NCBI GenBank assembly: GCA_038227875.1
Contig: JBBRPR010000005.1
Span: 1 to 64,000, forward strand
Length of the DNA: 64,000 nucleotides
Reading direction: 5' to 3'
Origin: Planctomycetota bacterium
GTDB lineage: Bacteria; Planctomycetota; SZUA-567; H5-PLA8
Positions within the stretch are counted from its first letter, which is position 1; each line of letters starts with the position of its first letter. Shown piece by piece: positions 59,037 to 64,000 of this stretch. The position numbers and the translations under genes were made by a program. Under the pieces are notes generated by a model that did not search any database, was not told the DNA's origin, and saw nothing but the letters and a program-made list of their open reading frames with translations.

Positions 59037-60230
59037 TTACTTCTTCCCCACGGCGCGCAGCGTCGCACCGATCAGGACGGCGGTGTACTTCTCCAGTTCG
59101 TCGATGCTGATACGTTCGTCGGCCATGTGGGGCATGCTGTGGTCGCCGGGGCCGAAAGCCGCCGCCGGAATTCCGGCCCAAATCAGTTGCTTGCACAGCG
59201 TTGCGCCGCCGATGCCGACGAACTTTGGCGGCGTGCCGGTCACGTCGGCGATGGCGTGGTAAAGGGATTGTGCGACCGGCGAATCCTGGCTGATCTCGCT
59301 CGGTCCCAGTTCGGCGATGTTTTCGACCGTGACCGAGATCCCAGCTCGGCGCGTGGCGATCTGTTCGGCCATGCGGCGGATTTCGTGGGTGACGCCGCTG
59401 GCGGACTGGTGCGGCAGGAAGCGGACGTTGTACACGGCCGTGGCCTTGCCGGGGACAATGTTGTGCGCGATGCCGGCTTCAGACTTCGTGATCACACACG
59501 TCGTCTGCGTCAGCAGTGGGTGCTTCTGTTCACTTTTGTGCGGCTTCCAGTTTTCGGTCAAGTAAAGCAGTTCGGCCAGCGCCGCGAGCGCGGAGACGCC
59601 TTCTTCGGGCGTGCTGGAATGGGCCTGCTTGCCGAAGAACGTGACGCGGACGTTGACCAGTCCCTTCTCGGCGATTTCCACTTCGTGGAGGAAGCTGGGG
59701 ATGTCGGGAACGAAGGCCATGTCGGCTTTGACGCCGCAGTCCTTCAAGAGCCACTCCAGGCCCTTGTCGGAACCATGCTCTTCGTCGGCGATGGCGCCCA
59801 GCATCAGCGTGCCTTCGAATTCGCCTTCGACGGTTTTGAGGAAATCGGCGGCGGCGAGCAGGCCGGCGAGCGGGCCCTTGTCGTCGGTCGCGCCGCGGCC
59901 CCAGACCTGGCCGTCCTTGACGACGCCGCCAAACGGCGGGACGCTCCAGCCGTCGCCCGCGGGGACGACGTCGGTGTGCGCGGGGATGAAGAGCTTCGGC
60001 GATTTTCCGCTGCCGATTTCAGCAATGAGGCTGGTGCGGTCGCCGCCCGGATCCCACGTCTTGAAGGGAATCTTGCGGGCGCTACAAAACTTCGCGACAT
60101 AATCGACGGCGATCTTCTCGTTCCCCGGCGGGTTGGTGGTGTCGAGCTGGATAAGTTCGCTGAGCAACGTGGTGACGAGGTCGCGGCGGGAGGAAGCAGC
60201 GGCAAGGATCGCTTCGCGAGATAGAGCCAT
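59037..60230 (-). CDS. M20 metallopeptidase (ArgE/DapE-like)
   Basis: HTDVVP, GRGATDDKG, DEE, HSS and HMADE motifs. Confidence 0.9.
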   Translation of the reverse strand: MALSREAILAAASSRRDLVTTLLSELIQLDTTNPPGNEKIAVDYVAKFCSARKIPFKTWDPGGDRTSLIAEIGSGKSPKLFIPAHTDVVPAGDGWSVPPFGGVVKDGQVWGRGATDDKGPLAGLLAAADFLKTVEGEFEGTLMLGAIADEEHGSDKGLEWLLKDCGVKADMAFVPDIPSFLHEVEIAEKGLVNVRVTFFGKQAHSSTPEEGVSALAALAELLYLTENWKPHKSEQKHPLLTQTTCVITKSEAGIAHNIVPGKATAVYNVRFLPHQSASGVTHEIRRMAEQIATRRAGISVTVENIAELGPSEISQDSPVAQSLYHAIADVTGTPPKFVGIGGATLCKQLIWAGIPAAAFGPGDHSMPHMADERISIDELEKYTAVLIGATLRAVGKK

Positions 60231-60240
60231 TTTTACTCCA

Positions 60241-60384
60241 GTTTTGAGTTGTGAGTTTTTAGGTTTGAGTTGAGTGCCGCAAGCGGCGGCGGCACTTCAA
60301 ACAGTCGCTATGCTCTTTCGAAGTTATGAGTTGAACGCCGCCATCTGCAACACAATTCAAAACTCACAACTCACAACTCAAAAC
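60241..60384. repeat. Heptamer (TGAGTTG)n inverted element
   Basis: gttttgagttgtgagtttt ... aaaactcacaactcacaactcaaaac. Confidence 0.8.
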
Positions 60385-60393
60385 CACCCTTCC

Positions 60394-61320
60394 CTACTTC
60401 CACGGCACCGTGAGATTGAACTGCTTCAGCTTATCTTCCAGTTCCTGGCGTTCGCGGTTGCGTTTGAGGGCGCCTTTGTCGTCGCGGTTGAGCCAGCCGA
60501 ATTCCTGTGCCAGGCGCAGCGCTTCTTCGGTCTTGCCGCCGCCGACGGCCGAGATCAGTTCCATTTCCAGGCGCGAGAGGTGAGCGGTGTTGAACTGGTA
60601 ATCGAGGAACGCTTCCCAGGCGATCGGGCACCAGCGCTTCACGATTTCCTCGCCCATCACTTCGGCATACGCGCGGATTTCCAGCTGCGCGTGCTTGTCC
60701 ATGCGCAGGCGGAGGAAGTGGAGCAGGTTGTGGAGGTCGACTTTCCAGTAGGCTTCCGTGTACGTCGAGAGCGGCAAGTCCTTGCGTGCCTGTTCGCGGG
60801 CGATGCCGGCGGCGAGGCGGTCGTCGTAGACTTTGCGCGCGAGGTTCTGCAGGTCGAGTTCGGCCTTGGTGAGTTCGGCGCCCTTGATTTCTTCCAGCAT
60901 GCCGGCGCTGCCCTGCTTCATATCGGCCGACTGGACGCGCCATTCGTTGGGCGCGGTGTGCTGGGAGGCGTCGATGGCGACGGAGTAGCGCGTGGAGTAT
61001 TCGTTGACGTTGGCGGTGCGGTGGCGGATCCACTGGCGCCAGCAGTCCATGGGGACGCGGACGTGAAATTTAATTTCGCACATTTCAAACGGGGTCGTGT
61101 GCCAGTGGCGGAGCAGGTAGCGGATGAGTCCGCGGTCTTCGCTGACCTTTTTCGTGCCCTTGCCGTAGGAGACACGCGCGGCCTGGACGATGGCCGAGTC
61201 GTTGCCCATGTAATCGACGACGCGGATGAAGCCGTCATCGAGGACCTTGAAGGGCTTTCCAAGGATTTCGTCCAGCGCGTCCACGCGCAGTCGTTCGAGA
61301 CGTTCGGCATTTTCGGGCAT
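60394..61320 (-). CDS. thyX: FAD-dependent thymidylate synthase
   Basis: AARVSY, HTTPFE, RHRTANVNEYSTRY and HAQLEIR motifs. Confidence 0.95.
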   Translation of the reverse strand: MPENAERLERLRVDALDEILGKPFKVLDDGFIRVVDYMGNDSAIVQAARVSYGKGTKKVSEDRGLIRYLLRHWHTTPFEMCEIKFHVRVPMDCWRQWIRHRTANVNEYSTRYSVAIDASQHTAPNEWRVQSADMKQGSAGMLEEIKGAELTKAELDLQNLARKVYDDRLAAGIAREQARKDLPLSTYTEAYWKVDLHNLLHFLRLRMDKHAQLEIRAYAEVMGEEIVKRWCPIAWEAFLDYQFNTAHLSRLEMELISAVGGGKTEEALRLAQEFGWLNRDDKGALKRNRERQELEDKLKQFNLTVPWK

Positions 61321-61458
61321 CGTGGGGACCTCTTCGCTTGGGCTTTGGTGGGATGTTTTTACAGCAAAGCGCGGATGGTGCAAAGAACAGGAACTGGCGT
61401 TCGTTTCATTCTGAAAACTGTGATTGTTGCGGTAGAACTGGGCGCGCGGAGAACTTTT

Positions 61459-62466
61459 ATGGACGAACCGAAGGCGTATCAGTGGGCCTTTGACGGCAGT
61501 CCCGCAGATGTGAATCCTCACGGGTTCATGTTCTCGGTGGGCATTTACCAATGGATTCCGAAGACTTCTGGGAAAGGATTGAAAAAGTCCAAGACGATTC
61601 GCGTTCAGGGTTATGTGATGGAGGCAGCCCGGGCTTTTGAAAAGGCCGCGGAACTCTGCAAACTTTTCAACGAAAAGGATGTTCGCGCACAGAAGCCTCC
61701 CAAGTGGCTACAGAAGCAATATTCGGTTCCAAAACCTGCCAATCTTGTGCTGGAACCGCTGGATCAGTGGGCCAAGAAGCTGGGTCAACCCAGTGAGCCC
61801 GGCGTTTACTTGGAACGGTTTTCAAATGACCTTCCAGGAAACAAGGTCCGCGCCGTGCGGTTGAAAGTGATGGAACGAAAACTCATTCCGCAGGGCTTTA
61901 TAAAAGCGGAAGGTGGCACTTATGTACGAGAGCAAAACGACCAGATTCACCTGATTGATTTTCAGCCCAATAGGTGGGGACACGATTACACGATCAACAT
62001 TGGATTTCACTACACGTTCATGCCGGGATTCTGGCGCGCCGCGCTTGGACGCATTCGGGAATTTCGTGAACTGGACTGCGCGATTCATGACCGCTTGCAT
62101 CACATAGTGATGGGCAGGGACATCTGGTTTAAGTACGGACACGACGTGACGACATTGGAGGCGGTATTCGAAAAGAACGCCAACACGTGTTTAAGTGTAT
62201 TTGACGAGCAATCCGACCGATGGATCGATCCGCGCTGTTGGCTTGATGACAGTTTCGCTGATATTAAAAAGTGGCGTGTAGAAAGCATACTTTTGTTTCA
62301 ATGCTGCATCGCATTGCATTTGAAAATGCAATCCAAGGCAGAGCAATTGTTGACAGAATTACGGAAAACGTTCCTACATCCAGCTGAACAGCACGCTGAG
62401 CATTACAGACGAGATTTCAATCGGATTCTTGGCCAAGTGACTGGCGATCGTAAATTCAGAATTTAG
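61459..62466 (+). CDS. Low-GC protein with C-terminal DUF4304-like domain
   Basis: LIPQGF..G.TY, LIDFQ and YTINIG pattern; GGAG RBS before MDEPK. Confidence 0.65.
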   Translation: MDEPKAYQWAFDGSPADVNPHGFMFSVGIYQWIPKTSGKGLKKSKTIRVQGYVMEAARAFEKAAELCKLFNEKDVRAQKPPKWLQKQYSVPKPANLVLEPLDQWAKKLGQPSEPGVYLERFSNDLPGNKVRAVRLKVMERKLIPQGFIKAEGGTYVREQNDQIHLIDFQPNRWGHDYTINIGFHYTFMPGFWRAALGRIREFRELDCAIHDRLHHIVMGRDIWFKYGHDVTTLEAVFEKNANTCLSVFDEQSDRWIDPRCWLDDSFADIKKWRVESILLFQCCIALHLKMQSKAEQLLTELRKTFLHPAEQHAEHYRRDFNRILGQVTGDRKFRI

Positions 62467-62470
62467 AGCA

Positions 62471-63052
62471 TCAGCGTTTAAAGATTTCGCTGACCTTAAC
62501 CGCGAAGCCCGGCAGCACGTCTTCGCCGCTGAGCGTGTCGCCGTCGCGATAGGTCATTCCGCGATGCGCCGAGCGGTAAACGTGTACCAGTCTTCCATCA
62601 GGCTGAATAATCCACACCATGGAGACGCCGGCGGCGAGGTACGATTCCGCTTTGGCCGTGACTTCGGAGAAGCGGTCGTCGGGCGAGACGACTTCGATGG
62701 CCAGATCGGGCGAGACCGGAAGGTAGCCTTCGTCGGGAAGATCCACGGGAATGCGCGCGTTGGAGACGAACATGGCATCGGGCGCGCGGACGGTTTTCTG
62801 GTCGGGATAGACGAAACCCGTTTCGGCGGTGAAGACGCGGCCGAGTGATTTGGCTTCGTTGTACGCATAAAGAAGGTAAAGCACGCGCGCGGCGATCTGG
62901 CCGTGATTGTGTCCGGCTGGACTCATTTGAATAACCTTTCCGTTCACCAGTTCACAACGGCCCCATTGCTGGTTGAAATAGAGTTCTTCGGGCGTGACGG
63001 CGCGGTCGGTCGGCGGCGCGGGCGGGCGTTGGTAGGTGTAAGTGGGTCCCAT
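62471..63052 (-). CDS. Uma2-family endonuclease-fold protein
   Basis: ELVNG, RAPD, PDLAIEVVSP and LPGF motifs. Confidence 0.92.
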   Translation of the reverse strand: MGPTYTYQRPPAPPTDRAVTPEELYFNQQWGRCELVNGKVIQMSPAGHNHGQIAARVLYLLYAYNEAKSLGRVFTAETGFVYPDQKTVRAPDAMFVSNARIPVDLPDEGYLPVSPDLAIEVVSPDDRFSEVTAKAESYLAAGVSMVWIIQPDGRLVHVYRSAHRGMTYRDGDTLSGEDVLPGFAVKVSEIFKR

Positions 63053-63118
63053 AGGCTTGGCTCCGGGATTGATAATAACCGAACGGATGGATTCTGCTAC
63101 TTCTGGGTCGGCATGAAA

Positions 63119-63143
63119 TCTCCGGGCGAGCCGCCCGGACTAC
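63119..63143 (-). repeat. GTAG-family REP
   Basis: Identical 25-mer to 33991..34015. Confidence 0.85.
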
Positions 63144-63170
63144 AAACGGCACGGGCGCTCCGCGATGGAT

Positions 63171-64000
63171 CTATTCTGCGGGTGCTGGCGGTGATGCTGG
63201 TGCTGGCGGATCGGATTCGCCGCGGAGTTTGGCGCGGATGCGCGCGAAGTTTTCCAGGCGTTCGGTGATTTTTTTCTCGATGCCCTGGTTGGTCGGCAAA
63301 TAGAAGTGCGTGCCGGCGAGGTCGTCGGGCATCGCTTCCTGCGGGGAGATTTTGTCGGGCCAGTCGTGGTCGTACTGGTAGCCGCCGCCGTAGCCTTCGG
63401 CTTTCATCAGGCCCGTCGGCGCGTTTCTTAGGTGCAGCGGGACGGGGAGCGGGCCGCTGCGTTCGACTTCGGCTTTCGCGGCTTTGATCGCGGTGTAGAT
63501 CGCGTTCGACTTCGGCGCGATGGCCAGGTACACGGCCGCCTGCGCCAGCGCGGTGTCACACTCCGGATAGCCGATGAATTCGACGGCCTGCTTGGCGGCC
63601 AGCGCCTGGACCACGGCCTGCGGATCGGCGAGGCCAATGTCTTCGCTGGCGGCTCGGACCAGGCGGCGCGCGATGAACATGGGGTCTTCGCCGCCGGCGA
63701 TCATGCGCGCGAGGTAGTAGAGCGTCGCGTCGGGATCGGAGTGGCGGATGGATTTGTGCATGGCGCTGATCAGGTTGTAGTGCTCTTCGCCGGACTGATC
63801 GTAGAGGATCGCGTTGCGCTGCAGCGCTTCGCGCGCTAGTTCCAGGCTGATCAGGCGCTGACCGTGTTCGTCTTTCTGCGCGGTCATCCCGGCCAGTTCC
63901 AGACCGTTGAGCGCCGTGCGCGCATCGCCGCCACTGAGAGACGCGAGCGCTTCTTTCGCTCCCGGGGCGAGTGAAATGCCCTGGCCGCCGAGACCGCGTT
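63171..64000 (-). CDS. rarA: Replication-associated recombination protein A, 5' part outside window
   Basis: HYNLISAMHKSIR, SEDIGLADP, PKSNA, VPLHLRNAPT. Confidence 0.95.
   Translation of the reverse strand, partial: RGLGGQGISLAPGAKEALASLSGGDARTALNGLELAGMTAQKDEHGQRLISLELAREALQRNAILYDQSGEEHYNLISAMHKSIRHSDPDATLYYLARMIAGGEDPMFIARRLVRAASEDIGLADPQAVVQALAAKQAVEFIGYPECDTALAQAAVYLAIAPKSNAIYTAIKAAKAEVERSGPLPVPLHLRNAPTGLMKAEGYGGGYQYDHDWPDKISPQEAMPDDLAGTHFYLPTNQGIEKKITERLENFARIRAKLRGESDPPAPASPPAPAE

Noticed and set aside
60274..61458. Apparent 730-aa fusion ORF
   Set aside because: The 5' part is antisense to thyX; only 61459..62466 is credible
57620..63052. Prophage (TerS-like HTH, thyX, orphans)
   Set aside because: No large terminase, portal, capsid or integrase; interspersed with housekeeping genes

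Overview
High-GC bacterial chromosomal window, probably Planctomycetota/PVC. This is an inference from a membrane-anchored ECF sigma factor, a zinc-finger Ser/Thr kinase, large PKD/Ig secreted proteins and many AraC regulators. About 48 plausible CDS include acs, hisA, mntH/mntR, thyX, partial rarA, an M20 peptidase and a WcaJ-like phosphoglycosyltransferase. Clusters include an AraC-linked ribulokinase/fucose-type isomerase/tandem GH172 operon (a probable D-arabinose route) and a chorismate-lyase-like/flavin-halogenase-like/GT4/thioesterase cluster. No rRNA, tRNA, CRISPR array, integrase or transposase was seen. Intergenic DNA is rich in small non-autonomous elements: three copies of a 98-99 bp MITE, inverted heptamer-repeat elements (one bracketing a low-GC cargo gene, one with a four-helix-bundle-like remnant), octamer-repeat hairpins, and REP/REPIN palindromes. 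Other notable signals are two dispersed terminase-small-subunit-like HTH genes (one with internal 10-bp periodic DNA repeats), a shared C-terminal domain on two large secreted proteins, and a recurring basic-[DE]F C-terminus. All family calls come from motif recognition by eye; no searches were run.
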